Under the pieces are notes generated by a model that saw only the letters and a program-made list of their open reading frames with translations, was not told where the DNA came from and did not search any database. The position numbers and the translations under genes were made by a program. Positions 12,101 to 27,100 of a stretch of 64,000 bases of DNA are shown one piece after another (the first letter of the stretch is position 1; the number at the start of each line of letters is the position of its first letter). Source of the stretch: Eledone cirrhosa (lineage: Eukaryota); assembly GCA_964016885.1 (NCBI GenBank), contig OZ024743.1, forward strand, positions 243,660,001 to 243,724,000, written 5' to 3'.

Positions 12101-15100
12101 AGATGTTGTTTAGGGCCAGGTCAGATGTTGTTTAGGCCCAGGATAGATGTTGTTTAGACCCAGGATAGATGTTGTTTAGACCCAGGTCAGATGTTGTTTA
12201 GGCCCAGGATAGATGTTGTTTAGGCCCAGGATAGATGTTGTTTAGACCCAGGATAGATGTTGTTTAGACCCAGGGCAGATGTTGTTTAGGCCCAGGATAG
12301 ATGTTGATTAGATCCAGGACAGATGTTGTTTAGGCCCAGGATAGATGTTGTTTAGATCCAGGACAGATGTTGTTTAGGCCCAGGATAGATGTTGTTTAGA
12401 TCCAGGACAGATGTTGTTTAGGCCCAGGATAGATGTTGATTAGATCCAGGACAGATGTTGTTTAGGCCCAGGACAGATGTTGATTAGATCCAGGACAGAT
12501 GTTGTTTAGACCCAGGACAGATGTTGTTTAGACCCAGGACAGATGTTGTTTAGGCCCAGGATAGATGTTGTTTAGACCCAGGATAGATGTTGTTTAGACC
12601 CAGGTCAGATGTTGTTTAGACCCAGGATAGATGTTGTTTAGACCCAGGACAGATGTTGTTTAGACCCAGGATAGATGTTGATTAGATCCAGGACAGATGT
12701 TGTTTAGACCCAGGACAGATGTTGTTTAGGCGCAGGATAGATGTTGATTAGATCCAGGACAGATGTTGTTTAGGCCCAGGATAGATGTTGTTTAGATCCA
12801 GGACAGATGTTGTTTAGGCCCAGGACAGATGTTGATTAGATCCAGGACAGATGTTGTTTAGACCCAGGGCAGATGTTGTTTAGGCCCAGGATAGATGTTG
12901 TTTAGACCCAGGATAGATGTTGTTTAGACCCAGGGCAGATGTTGTTTAGGCCCAGGATAGATGTTGTTTAGACCCAGGTCAGATGTTGTTTAGGCCCAGG
13001 TCAGATGTTGTTTAGGCCCAGGATAGATGTTGTTTAGACCCAGGATAGATGTTGTTTAGACCCAGGGCAGATGTTGTTTAGGCCCAGGATAGATGTTGTT
13101 TAGACCCAGGTCAGATGTTGTTTAGGCCCAGGTCAGATGTTGTTTAGGCCCAGGATAGATGTTGTTTAGACCCAGGATAGATGTTGTTTAGACCCAGGTC
13201 AGATGTTGTTTAGGCCCAGGATAGATGTTGTTTAGGCCCAGGATAGATGTTGTTTAGGCCCAGGATAGATGTTGTTTAGACCCAGGTCAGATGTTGTTTA
13301 GGCCCAGGATAGATGTTGTTTAGGCCCAGGATAGATGTTGTTTAGACCCAGGTCAGATGTTGTTTAGGCCCAGGATAGATGTTGTTTAGGCCCAGGTCAG
13401 ATGTTGTTTAGGCCCAGGATAGATGTTGTTTAGACCCAGGATAGATGTTGTTTAGACCCAGGTCAGATGTTGTTTAGGCCCAGGATAGATGTTGTTTAGA
13501 CCCAGGTCAGATGTTGTTTAGGCCCAGGATAGATGTTGTTTAGACCCAGGACAGATGTTGTTTAGACCCAGGACAGATGTTGTTTAGGCCCAGGTCAGAT
13601 GTTGTTTAGGCCCAGGATAGATGTTGTTTAGACCCAGGATAGATGTTGTTTAGACCCAGGTCAGATGTTGTTTAGGCCCAGGTCAGATGTTGTTTAGGCC
13701 CAGGATAGATGTTGTTTAGACCCAGGATAGATGTTGTTTAGACCCAGGTCAGATGTTGTTTAGGCCCAGGTCAGATGTTGTTTAGACCCAGGATAGATGT
13801 TGTTTAGACCCAGGATAGATGTTGTTTAGGCCCAGGATAGATGTTGTTTAGACCCAGGTCAGATGTTGTTTAGGCCCAGGATAGATGTTGTTTAGACCCA
13901 GGATAGATGTTGTTTAGGCCCAGGATAGATGTTGTTTAGACCCAGGATAGATGTTGTTTAGACCCAGGTCAGATGTTGTTTAGACCCAGGTCAGATGTTG
14001 TTTAGGCCCAGGATAGATGTTGTTTAGACCCAGGATAGATGTTGTTTAGACCCAGGTCAGATGTTATTTAGGCCCAGGATAGATGTTGTTTAGACCCAGG
14101 TCAGATGTTGTTTAGACCCAGGTCAGATGTTGTTTAGGCCCAGGATAGATGTTGTTTAGACCCAGGATAGATGTTGTTTAGACCCAGGTCAGATGTTGTT
14201 TAGGCCCAGGTCAGATGTTGTTTAGGCCCAGGATAGATGTTGTTTAGACCCAGGATAGATGTTGTTTAGACCCAGGTCAGATGTTGTTTAGGCCCAGGAT
14301 AGATGTTGTTTAGACCCAGGTCAGATGTTGTTTAGGCCCAGGATAGATGTTGTTTAGACCCAGGTCAGATGTTGTTTAGGCCCAGGATAGATGTTGTTTA
14401 GACCCAGGACAGATGTTGTTTAGGCCCAGGATAGATGTTGTTTAGACCCAGGTCAGATGTTGTTTAGGCCCAGGATAGATGTTGTTTAGACCCAGGACAG
14501 ATGTTGTTTAGGCCCAGGATAGATGTTGTTTAGACCCAGGTCAGATGTTGATTAGACCCAGGATAGATGTTGTTTAGGCCCAGGTCAGATGTTGTTTAGA
14601 CCCAGGATAGATGTTGTTTAGGCCCAGGATAGATGTTGTTTAGACCCAGGACAGATGTTGTTTAGACCCAGGGCAGATGTTGTTTAGACCCAGGATAGAT
14701 GTTGTTTAGATCCAGGACAGATGTTGTTTAGACCCAGGATAGATGTTGATTAGACCCAGGATAGATGTTGTTTAGATCCAGGACAGATGTTGTTTAGACC
14801 CAGGACAGATGTTGTTTAGACCCAGGATAGATGTTGTTTAGGCCCAGGATAGATGTTGATTAGACCCAGGATAGATGTTGTTTAGGCCCAGGTCAGATGT
14901 TGTTTAGACCCAGGTCAGATGTTTAGACCCAGGACAGATGTTGTTTAGACCCAGGACAGATGTTTAGACCCAGGACAGATGTTGTTTAGGCCCAGGATAG
15001 ATGTTGTTTAGACCCAGGATAGATGTTGTTTAGACCCAGGATAGATGTTGTTTAGACCCAGGGCAGATGTTGTTTAGACCCAGGTCAGATGTTGTTTAGG

Positions 15101-18100
15101 CCCAGGATAGATGTTGTTTAGACCCAGGTCAGATGTTGTTTAGGCCCAGGATAGATGTTGTTTAGACCCAGGATAGATGTTGATTAGATCCAGGACAGAT
15201 GTTGTTTAGCCCCAGGATAGATGTTGTTTAGACCCAGGTCAGATGTTGATTAGACCCAGGATAGATGTTGTTTAGACCCAGGTCAGATGTTGTTTAGGCC
15301 CAGGATAGATGTTGTTTAGACCCAGGTCAGATGTTGTTTAGGCCCAGGATAGATGTTGTTTAGACCCAGGATAGATGTTGTTTAGATCCAGGACAGATGT
15401 TGTTTAGACCCAGGATAGATGTTGTTTAGACCCAGGTCAGATGTTGTTTAGGCCCAGGATAGATGTTGTTTAGGCCCAGGATAGATGTTGATTAGATCCA
15501 GGATAGATGTTGTTTAGACCCAGGACAGATGTTGTTTAGACCCAGGACAGATGTTGTTTAGACCCAGGACAGATGTTGTTTAGATCCAGGACAGATGTTG
15601 TTTAGACCCAGGTCAGATGTTGTTTAGAACCAGGTCAGATGTTGTTTAGACCCAGGATAGATGTTGTTTAGACCCAGGATAGATGTTGTTTAGATCCAGG
15701 ACAGATGTTGTTTAGACCCAGGATAGATGTTGATTAGACCCAGGATAGATGTTGTTTAGATCCAGGACAGATGTTGTTTAGACCCAGGACAGATGTTGTT
15801 TAGACCCAGGATAGATGTTGTTTAGGCCCAGGATAGATGTTGATTAGACCCAGGATAGATGTTGTTTAGATCCAGGATAGATGTTGTTTAGACCCAGGTC
15901 AGATGTTGTTTAGGCCCAGGATAGATGTTGTTTAGACCCAGGATAGATGTTGTTTAGATCCAGGACAGATGTTGTTTAGACCCAGGATAGATGTTGTTTA
16001 GACCCAGGATAGATGTTGTTTAGACCCAGGTCAGATGTTGTTTAGGCCCAGGATAGATGTTGTTTAGACCCAGGATAGATGTTGTTTAGACCCAGGACAG
16101 ATGTTGTTTAGGCCCAGGATAGATGTTGTTTAGACCCAGGTCAGATGTTGTTTAGGCCCAGGATAGATGTTGTTTAGACCCAGGATAGATGTTGTTTAGA
16201 CCCAGGACAGATGTTGTTTAGGCCCAGGATAGATGTTGATTAGATCCAGGATAGATGTTGTTTAGACCCAGGACAGATGTTGTTTAGACCCAGGATAGAT
16301 GTTGTTTAGACCCAGGATAGATGTTGTTTAGACCCAGGACAGATGTTGTTTAGACCCAGGATAGATGTTGTTTAGACCCAGGATAGATGTTGTTTAAACC
16401 CAGGACAGATGTTGTTTAGGCCCAGGATAGATGTTGTTTAGACCCAGGTCAGATGTTGTTTAGGCCCAGGATAGATGTTGTTTAGGCCCAGGATAGATGT
16501 TGTTTAGGCCCAGGTCAGATGTTGTTTAGGCCCAGGATAGATGTTGATTAGACCCAGGATAGATGTTGTTTAGATCCAGGATAGATGTTGTTTAGGCCCA
16601 GGATAGATGTTGTTTAGACCCAGGTCAGATGTTGTTTAGACCCAGGATAGATGTTGTTTAGACCCAGGTCAGATGTTGTTTAGGCCCAGGATAGATGTTG
16701 TTTAGACCCAGGTCAGATGTTGTTTAGGCCCAGGATAGATGTTGTTTAGACCCAGGATAGATGTTGTTTAGATCCAGGACAGATGTTGTTTAGACCCAGG
16801 ATAGATGTTGTTTAGATCCAGGACAGATGTTGTTTAGACCCAGGATAGATGTTGTTTAGACCCAGGTCAGATGTTGTTTAGACCCAGGATAGATGTTGTT
16901 TAGACCCAGGATAGATGTTGTTTAGACCCAGGATAGATGTTGTTTAGATCCAGGACAGATGTTGTTTAGACCCAGGATAGATGTTGTTTAGACCCAGGAC
17001 AGATGTTGTTTAGGCCCAGGATAGATGTTGATTAGATCCAGGATAGATGTTGTTTAGACCCAGGACAGATGTTGTTTAGACCCAGGACAGATGTTGTTTA
17101 GACCCAGGATAGATGTTGTTTAGACCCAGGACAGATGTTGTTTAGACCCAGGTCAGATGTTGTTTAGACCCAGGACAGATGTTGTTTAGACCCAGGACAG
17201 ATGTTGTTTAGACCCAGGATAGATGTTGTTTAGACCCAGGTCAGATGTTGTTTAGACCCAGGACAGATGTTGTTTAGACCCAGGATAGATGTTGTTTAGA
17301 CCCAGGACAGATGTTGTTTAGACCCAGGATAGATGTTGTTTAGATCCAGGACAGATGTTGTTTAGACCCAGGATAGATGTTGTTTAGATCCAGGACAGAT
17401 GTTGTTTAGACCCAGGATAGATGTTGTTTAGACCCAGGTCAGATGTTGTTTAGGCCCAGGGCAGATGTTGTTTAGACCCAGGACAGATGTTGTTTAGGCC
17501 CAGGATAGATGTTGTTTAGACCCAGGATAGATGTTGTTTAGGCCCAGGATAGATGTTGTTTAGACCCAGGTCAGATGTTGTTTAGGCCCAGGATAGATGT
17601 TGTTTAGACCCAGGATAGATGTTGTTTAGACCCAGGATAGATGTTGTTTAGGCCCAGGATAGATGTTGTTTAGGCCCAGGTCAGATGTTGTTTAGGCCCA
17701 GGTCAGATGTTGTTTAGACCCAGGATAGATGTTGTTTAGACCCAGGATAGATGTTGTTTAGGCCCAGGTCAGATGTTGTTTAGACCCAGGTCAGATGTTT
17801 AGACCCAGGACAAATGTTGTTTAGACCCAGGATAGATGTTGTTTAGACCCAGGATAGATGTTGTTTAGACCCAGGACAGATGTTGATTAGATCCAGGACA
17901 GATGTTGTTTAGATCCAGGTCAGATGTTGTTTAGGCCCAGGTCAGATGTTGTTTAGGCCCAGGATAGATGTTGTTTAGGCCCAGGATAGATGTTGATTAG
18001 GCCCAGGATAGATGTTGTTTAGGCCCAGGATAGATGTTGTTTAGACCCAGGATAGATGTTGTTTAGACCCAGGACAGATGTTGTTTAGACCCAGGATAGA

Positions 18101-21100
18101 TGTTGTTTAGACCCAGGATAGATGTTGTTTAGACCCAGGATAGATGTTGTTTAGGCCCAGGATAGATGTTGTTTAGACCCAGGATAGATGTTGTTTAGAC
18201 CCAGGACAGATGTTGTTTAGACCCAGGTCAGATGTTGTTTAGACCCAGGATAGATGTTGATTAGGCCCAGGATAGATGTTGATTAGATCCAGGACAGATG
18301 TTGTTTAGGCCCAGGATAGATGTTGTTTAGACCCAGGATAGATGTTGTTTAGACCCAGGATAGATGTTGTTTAGACCCAGGACAGATGTTGTTTAGGCCC
18401 AGGATAGATGTTGATTAGGCCCAGGATAGATGTTGATTAGATCCAGGACAGATGTTGTTTAGGCCCAGGATAGATGTTGTTTAGACCCAGGATAGATGTT
18501 GTTTAGACCCAGGACAGATGTTGTTTAGACCCAGGTCAGATGTTGTTTAGACCCAGGATAGATGTTGATTAGGCCCAGGATAGATGTTGATTAGATCCAG
18601 GACAGATGTTGTTTAGGCCCAGGATAGATGTTGTTTAGACCCAGGATAGATGTTGTTTAGACCCAGGACAGATGTTGTTTAGGCCCAGGATAGATGTTGA
18701 TTAGGCCCAGGATAGATGTTGATTAGATCCAGGACAGATGTTGTTTAGGCCCAGGATAGATGTTGTTTAGACCCAGGATAGATGTTGTTTAGACCCAGGA
18801 TAGATGTTGTTTAGACCCAGGACAGATGTTGATTAGGCCCAGGATAGATGTTGATTAGACCCAGGATAGATGTTTAGACCCAGGATAGATGTTGTTTAGG
18901 CCCAGGATAGATGTTGATTAGATCCAGGATAGATGTTGTTTAGACCCAGGATAGATGTTGTTTAGACCCAGGACAGATGTTGATTAGGCCCAGGATAGAT
19001 GTTGTTTAGGCCCAGGATAGATGTTGTTTAGATCCAGGACAGATGTTGTTTAGGCCCAGGATAGATGTTGTTTAGACCCAGGATAGATGTTGTTTAGACC
19101 CAGGATAGATGTTGTTTAGACCCAGGACAGATGTTGATTAGGCCCAGGATAGATGTTGATTAGGCCCAGGTCAGATGTTGTTTAGGCCCAGGATAGATGT
19201 TGTTTAGACCCAGGATAGATGTTGTTTAGACCCAGGACAGATGTTGTTTAGACCCAGGATAGATGTTGTTTAGACCCAGGATAGATGTTGTTTAGACCCA
19301 GGACAGATGTTGTTTAGGCCCAGGTCAGATGTTGTTTAGGCCCAGGATAGATGTTGTTTAGGCCCAGGATAGATGTTGTTTAGGCCCAGGATAGATGTTG
19401 TTTAGACCCAGGATAGATGTTGTTTAGACCCAGGACAGATGTTGTTTAGACCCAGGACAGATGTTGTTTAGGCCCAGGATAGATGTTGTTTAGACCCAGG
19501 ACAGATGTTGTTTAGGCCCAGGATAGATGTTGTTTAGGCCCAGAATAGATGTTGTTTAGACCCAGGATAGATGTTGTTTAGACCCAGGACAGATGTTGTT
19601 TAGGCCCAGGATAGATGTTGATTAGATCCAGGACAGATGTTGTTTAGGCCCAGGTCAGATGTTGTTTAGGCCCAGGATAGATGTTGTTTAGGCCCAGGAT
19701 AGATGTTGTTTAGGCCCAGGATAGATGTTGTTTAGACCCAGGACAGATGTTGTTTAGACCCAGGACAGATGTTGTTTAGACCCAGGACAGATGTTGTTTA
19801 GGCCCAGGATAGATGTTGTTTAGACCCAGGACAGATGTTGTTTAGGCCCAGGATAGATGTTGTTTAGGCCCAGGATAGATGTTGTTTAGACCCAGGATAG
19901 ATGTTGTTTAGACCCAGGACAGATGTTGTTTAGGCCCAGGATAGATGTTGTTTAGACCCAGGATAGATGTTGTTTAGACCCAGGACAGATGTTGTTTAGA
20001 CCCAGGACAGATGTTGTTTAGGCCCAGGATAGATGTTGTTTAGACCCAGGACAGATGTTGTTTAGACCCAGGACAGATGTTGATTAGACCCAGGATAGAT
20101 GTTTAGACCCAGGTCAGATGTTGTTTAGACCCAGGATAGATGTTTAGACCCAGGTCAGATGTTGTTTAGACCCAGGATAGATGTTGTTTAGACCCAGGTC
20201 AGATGTTGTTTAGACCCAGGATAGATGTTTAGACCCAGGTCAGATGTTGTTTAGACCCAGGATAGATGTTTAGACCCAGGTCAGATGTTGTTTAGACCCA
20301 GGATAGATGTTGTTTAGACCCAGGTCAGATGTTGTTTAGACCCAGGTCAGATGTTGTTTAGACCCAGGGCAGATGTTGTTTAGGCCCAGGATAGATGTTG
20401 TTTAGGCCCAGGATAGATGTTGTTTAGACCCAGGATAGATGTTGTTTAGACCCAGGATAGATGTTGTTTAGGCCCAGGATAGATGTTGTTTAGACCCAGG
20501 ATAGATGTTGTTTAGGCCCAGGTCAGATGTTGTTTAGGCCCAGGATAGATGTTGTTTAGACCCAGGATAGATGTTGTTTAGACCCAGGATAGATGTTGTT
20601 TAGACCCAGGATAGATGTTGTTTAGGCCCAGGATAGATGTTGTTTAGACCCAGGATAGATGTTGTTTAGACCCAGGATAGATGTTGTTTAGACCCAGGTC
20701 AGATGTTGTTTAGGCCCAGGATAGATGTTGTTTAGACCCAGGATAGATGTTGTTTAGACCCAGGATAGATGTTGTTTAGACCCAGGATAGATGTTGTTTA
20801 GGCCCAGGATAGATGTTGTTTAGGCCCAGGTCAGATGTTGTTTAGGCCCAGGTCAGATGTTGTTTAGACCCAGGATAGATGTTGTTTAGACCCAGGATAG
20901 ATGTTGTTTAGACCCAGGATAGATGTTGTTTAGAGCCAGGATAGATGTTGATTAGATCCAGGACAGATGTTGTTTAGACCCAGGATAGATGTTGTTTAGG
21001 CCCAGGATAGATGTTGTTTAGACCCAGGTCAGATGTTGTTTAGACCCAGGATAGATGTTGTTTAGACCCAGGTCAGATGTTGTTTAGACCCAGGATAGAT

Positions 21101-24100
21101 GTTGTTTAGGCCCAGGTCAGATGTTGTTTAGACCCAGGATAGATGTTGATTAGACCCAGGATAGATGTTGTTTAGACCCAGGATAGATGTTGTTTAGACC
21201 CAGGTCAGATGTTGTTTAGACCCAGGATAGATGTTGTTTAGACCCAGGATATATGTTGTTTAGACCCAGGATAGATGTTGATTAGACCCAGGATAGATGT
21301 TGTTTAGGCCCAGGTCAGATGTTGTTTAGACCCAGGATAGATGTTGTTTAGACCCAGGACAGATGTTGCTTAGACCCAGGTCAGATGTTGTTTAGACCCA
21401 GGATAGATGTTGTTTAGACCCAGGATAGATGTTGTTTAGACCCAGGTCAGATGTTGTTTAGGCCCAGGATAGATGTTGTTTAGACCCAGGACAGATGTTG
21501 TTTAGACCCAGGTCAGATGTTGTTTAGACCCAGGATAGATGTTGTTTAGACCCAGGTCAGATGTTGTTTAGACCCAGGATAGATGTTGTTTAGACCCAGG
21601 ACAGATGTTGTTTAGACCCAGGTCAGATGTTGTTTAGACCCAGGATAGATGTTGTTTAGACCCAGGATAGATGTTGTTTAGGCCCAGGATAGATGTTGTT
21701 TAGACCCAGGTCAGATGTTGTTTAGACCCAGGATAGATGTTGTTTAGACCCAGGATAGATGTTGTTTAGACCCAGGATAGATGTTGTTTAGACCCAGGTC
21801 AGATGTTGTTTAGACCCAGGATAGATGTTGTTTAGACCCAGGACAGATGTTGTTTAGACCCAGGTCAGATGTTGTTTAGACCCAGGATAGATGTTGTTTA
21901 GACCCAGGATAGATGTTGTTTAGGCCCAGGATAGATGTTGTTTAGACCCAGGTCAGATGTTGTTTAGACCCAGGATAGATGTTGTTTAGACCCAGGTCAG
22001 ATGTTGTTTAGGCCCAGGATAGATGTTGTTTAGACCCAGGTCAGATGTTGTTTAGACCCAGGATAGATGTTGAATAGGCCCAGGTCAGATGTTGTTTAGA
22101 CCCAGGTCAGATGTTGTTTAGACCCAGGATAGATGTTGTTTAGACCCAGGTCAGATGTTGTTTAGACCCAGGATAGATGTTGTTTAGACCCAGGATAGAT
22201 GTTGTTTAGACCCAGGATAGATGTTGTTTAGGCCCAGGATAGATGTTGTTTAGACCCAGGTCAGATGTTGTTTAGACCCAGGATAGATGTTGTTTAGACC
22301 CAGGATAGATGTTGTTTAGACCCAGGTCAGATGTTGTTTAGACCCAGGATAGATGTTGAATAGGTCCAGGTCAGATGTTGTTTAGACCCAGGTCAGATGT
22401 TGTTTAGACCCAGGATAGATGTTGTTTAGACCCAGGTCAGATGTTGTTTAGACCCAGGACAGATGTTGAATAGGTCCAGGTCAGATGTTGTTTAGACCCA
22501 GGTCAGATGTTGTTTAGACCCAGGATAGATGTTGATTAGACCCAGGATAGATGTTGTTTAGACACAGGACAGATGTTGTTTAGGCCCAGGATAGATGTTG
22601 TTTAGACCCAGGATATATGTTGTTTAGATCCAGGACAGATGTTGTTTAGACCCAGGATAGATGTTTAGGCCCAGGACAGATGTTGTTTAGACCCAGGATA
22701 GATGTTGAATAGGCCCAGGTCAGATGTTGTTTAGACCCAGGTCAGATGTTGTTTAGACCCAGGATAGATGTTGTTTAGACCCAGGTCAGATGTTGTTTAG
22801 ACCCAGGACAGATGTTGAATAGGTCCAGGTCAGATGTTGTTTAGACCCAGGTCAGATGTTGTTTAGACCCAGGATAGATGTTGATTAGACCCAGGATAGA
22901 TGTTGTTTAGACACAGGACAGATGTTGTTTAGGCCCAGGATAGATGTTGTTTAGACCCAGGATATATGTTGTTTAGATCCAGGACAGATGTTGTTTAGAC
23001 CCAGGATAGATGTTTAGACCCAGGATATATGTTGTTTAGACCCAGGATAGATGTTTAGACCCAGGATATATGTTTAGACCCAGGATATATGTTGTTTAGA
23101 CCCAGGATAGATGTTGTTTAGACCCAGGATAGATGTTGATTAGATCCAGGTCAGATGTTGATTAGATCCAGGACAGATGTTGTTTAGACCCAGGACAGAT
23201 GTTTAGGCCCAGGACAGATGTTGTTTAGACCCAGGATAGATGTTGTTTAGACCCAGGATAGATGTTGATTAGATCCAGGTCAGATGTTGATTAGATCCAG
23301 GACAGATGTTGTTTAGACCCAGGACAGATGTTTAGGCCCAGGACAGATGTTGTTTAGACCCAGGATAGATGTTGTTTAGACCCAGGATAGATGTTGTTTA
23401 GACCCAGGACAGATGTTGTTTAGGCCCAGGATAGATGTTGTTTAGGCCCAGGATAGATGTTGTTTAGGCCCAGGATAGATGTTGTTTAGACCCAGGATAG
23501 ATGTTGTTTAGGCCCAGGTCAGATGTTGTTTAGGCCCAGGATAGATGTTGTTTAGACCCAGGATAGATGTTGATTAGACCTAGGATAGATGTTGTTTAGG
23601 CCCAGGTCAGATGTTGTTTAGGCCCAGGATAGATGTTGTTTAGACCCAGGATAGATGTTGTTTAGGCCCAGGTCAGATGTTGTTTAGGCCCAGGATAGAT
23701 GTTGATTAGATCCAGGACAGATGTTGTTTAGACCCAGGACAGATGTTGTTTAGGCCCAGGTCAGATGTTGTTTAGGCCCAGGTCAGATGTTGTTTAGGCC
23801 CAGGATAGATGTTGTTTAGACCCAGGACAGATGTTGTTTAGCCCCAGGTCAGATGTTGTTTAGGCCCAGGTCAGATGTTGTTTAGGCCCAGGATAGATGT
23901 TGTTTAGACCCAGGACAGATGTTGTTTAGATCCAGGACAGATGTTGTTTAGGCCCAGGTCAGATGTTGTTTAGGCCCAGGATAGATGTTGTTTAGGCCCA
24001 GGATAGATGTTGTTTAGACCCAGGACAGATGTTGTTTAGGCCCAGGATAGATGTTGTTTAGACCCAGGACAGATGTTGTTTAGGCCCAGGTCAGATGTTG

Positions 24101-27100
24101 TTTAGGCCCAGGATAGATGTTGTTTAGACCCAGGTCAGATGTTGTTTAGACCCAGGATAGATGTTGTTTAGGCCCAGGATAGATGTTGTTTAGACCCAGG
24201 ACAGATGTTGTTTAGGCCCAGGTCAGATGTTGTTTAGGCCCAGGATAGATGTTGTTTAGACCCAGGATAGATGTTGTTTAGACCCAGGATAGATGTTGAT
24301 TAGATCCAGGACAGATGTTGTTTAGACCCAGGTCAGATGTTGTTTAGACCCAGGACAGATGTTGTTTAGGCCCAGGTCAGATGTTGTTTAGGCCCAGGAT
24401 AGATGTTGATTAGATCCAGGACAGATGTTGTTTAGACCCAGGTCAGATGTTGTTTAGGCCCAGGTCAGATGTTGTTTAGGCCCAGGTCAGATGTTGTTTA
24501 GGCCCAGGATAGATGTTGTTTAGACCCAGGATAGATGTTGTTTAGACCCAAGATAGATGTTGTTTAGATCCAGGACAGATGTTGATTAGGCCCAGGATAG
24601 ATAATGTTTAGATCCAGGACAGATGTTGTTTAGATCCAAGACAGATGTTGTTTAGATCCAGGACAGATTTTTAGACCCAGGACAGATGTTGTTTAGACCC
24701 AGGACAGATGTTGATTAGACCCAGGACAGATGTTGATTAGACCCAGGACAGATGTTGATTAGACCCAGGACAGAATTTTAGACCCAGGACAGATGTTGTT
24801 TAGACCTAGGACAGATGTTGATTAGGCCCAGGACAGATGTTGTTTAGACCCAGGACAGATGTTTAGACCCAGGACAGATGTTGTTTAGATCCAGGACAGA
24901 TGTTGTTTAGATCCAGGACAGATGTTGTTTAGATCCAGGACAGATGTTGATTAAACCCAGGACAGATGTTGATTAGACCCAGGACAGATGTTGTTTAGAT
25001 CCAGGACAGATGTTGATTAGACCCAGGACAGATGTTGATTAGGCCCAGGACAGATTTTTAGACCCAGGACAGATGTTGTTTAGACCCAGGACAGATGTTG
25101 ATTAGGCCCAGGACAGATGTTGTTTAGACCCAGGACAGATGTTTAGACCCAGGACAGATGTTTAGACCCAGGACAGATGTTTAGATCCAGGACAGATGTT
25201 GATTAGGCCCAGGACAGATGTTGTTTAGACCCAGGTCAGATGTTGTTTAGACTCAGGATAGATGTTGATTAGGCCCAGGACAGATGTTTAGACCCAGGAC
25301 AGATGTTGTTTAGACCCAGGTCAGATGTTTAGACCCAGGTCAGATGTTGTTTAGACCCAGGTCAGATGTTGTTTAGACCCAGGACAGATGTTGTTTAGAC
25401 CCAGGTCAGATGTTTAGACCCAGGTCAGATGTTTAGACCCAGGACAGATGTTGTTTAGACCCAGGTCAGATGTTGTTTAGATCCAGGTCAGATGTTTAGA
25501 CCCAGGACAGATGTTTAGACCCAGGTCAGATGTTGATTAGACTCAGGATAGATGTTTAGACCCAGGACAGATGTTGTTTAGACCCAGGACAGATGTTTAG
25601 ACCCAGGACAGATGTTTAGACCCAGGTCAGATGTTGTTTAGACCCAGGTCAGATGTTGTTTAGACCCAGGACAGATGTTGTTTAGACCCAGGTCAGATGT
25701 TTAGACCCAGGTCAGATGTTTAGACCCAGGACAGATGTTGTTTAGACCCAGGTCAGATGTTGTTTAGATCCAGGTCAGATGTTTAGACCCAGGTCAGATG
25801 TTTAGACCCAGGACAGATGTTTAGACCCAGGACAGATGTTTAGATCCAGGTCAGATGTTGTTTAGACCCAGGACAGATGTTGTTTAGGCCCAGGACAGAT
25901 GTTGTTTAGGCCCAGGTCAGATGTTGATTAGATCCAGGACAGATGTTGATTAGACTCAGGACAGATGTTTAGACCCAGGTCAGATGTTGTTTAGACCCAG
26001 GACAGATGTTTAGACCCAGGTCAGATGTTGTTTAGACCCAGGACAGATGTTGTTTAGGCCCAGGACAGATGTTTAGACCCAGGTCAGATGTTGTTTAGGC
26101 CCAGGACAGATGTTGTTTAGACCCAGGACAGATGTTGTTTAGACCCAGGACAGATGTTGTTTAGGCCCAGGACAGATGTTTAGACCCAGGACAGATGTTT
26201 AGACCCAGGTCAGATGTTGTTTAGACCCAGGTCAGATGTTGTTTAGGCCCAGGATAGATGTTGTTTAGACCCAGGACAGATGTTGTTTAGACCCAGGACA
26301 GATGTTGTTTAGGCCCAGGACAGATGTTTAGACCCAGGACAGATGTTTAGACCCAGGTCAGATGTTGTTTAGACCCAGGTCAGATGTTGTTTAGACCCAG
26401 GTCAGATGTTGTTTAGACCCAGGTCAGATGTTGTTTAGACCCAGGACAGATGTTGTTTAGACCCAGGTCAGATGTTGTTTAGACCCAGGACAGATGTTGT
26501 TTAGACCCAGGTCAGATGTTGTTTAGACCCAGGTCAGATGTTTAGACCCAGGACAAATGTTGTTTTGACCCAGGGCAGATGTTGTTTAGACCCGGGTCAG
26601 ATGTTGTTTAGACCCAGGTCAGATGTTTAGACCCAGGACAAATGTTGTTTAGACCCAGGGCAGATGTTGTTTAGACCCAGGGCAGATGTTGTTTAGACCC
26701 AGGGCAGATGTTGTTTAGACCCAGGGCAGATGTTGTTTAGACCCAGGGCAGATGTTGTTTAGACCCAGGGCAGATGTTGTTTAGACCCAGGTCAGATGTT
26801 GTTTAGACCCAGGACAGATGTTGTTTAGACCCAGGTCAGATGTTTAGACCCAGGACAGATGTTGTTTAGACCCAGGGCAGATGTTGTTTAGACCCAGGGC
26901 AGATGTTGTTTAGACCCAGGTCAGATGTTTAGACCCAGGACAGATGTTGTTTAGACCCAGGGCAGATGTAGTTTAGACCCAGGACAGATGTTGTTTAGAC
27001 CCAGGACAGATGTTTAGACCCAGGACAGATGTTTAGACCCAGGTCAGATGTTGTTTAGACCCAGGACAGATGTTGTTTAGACCCAGGTCAGATGTTGTTT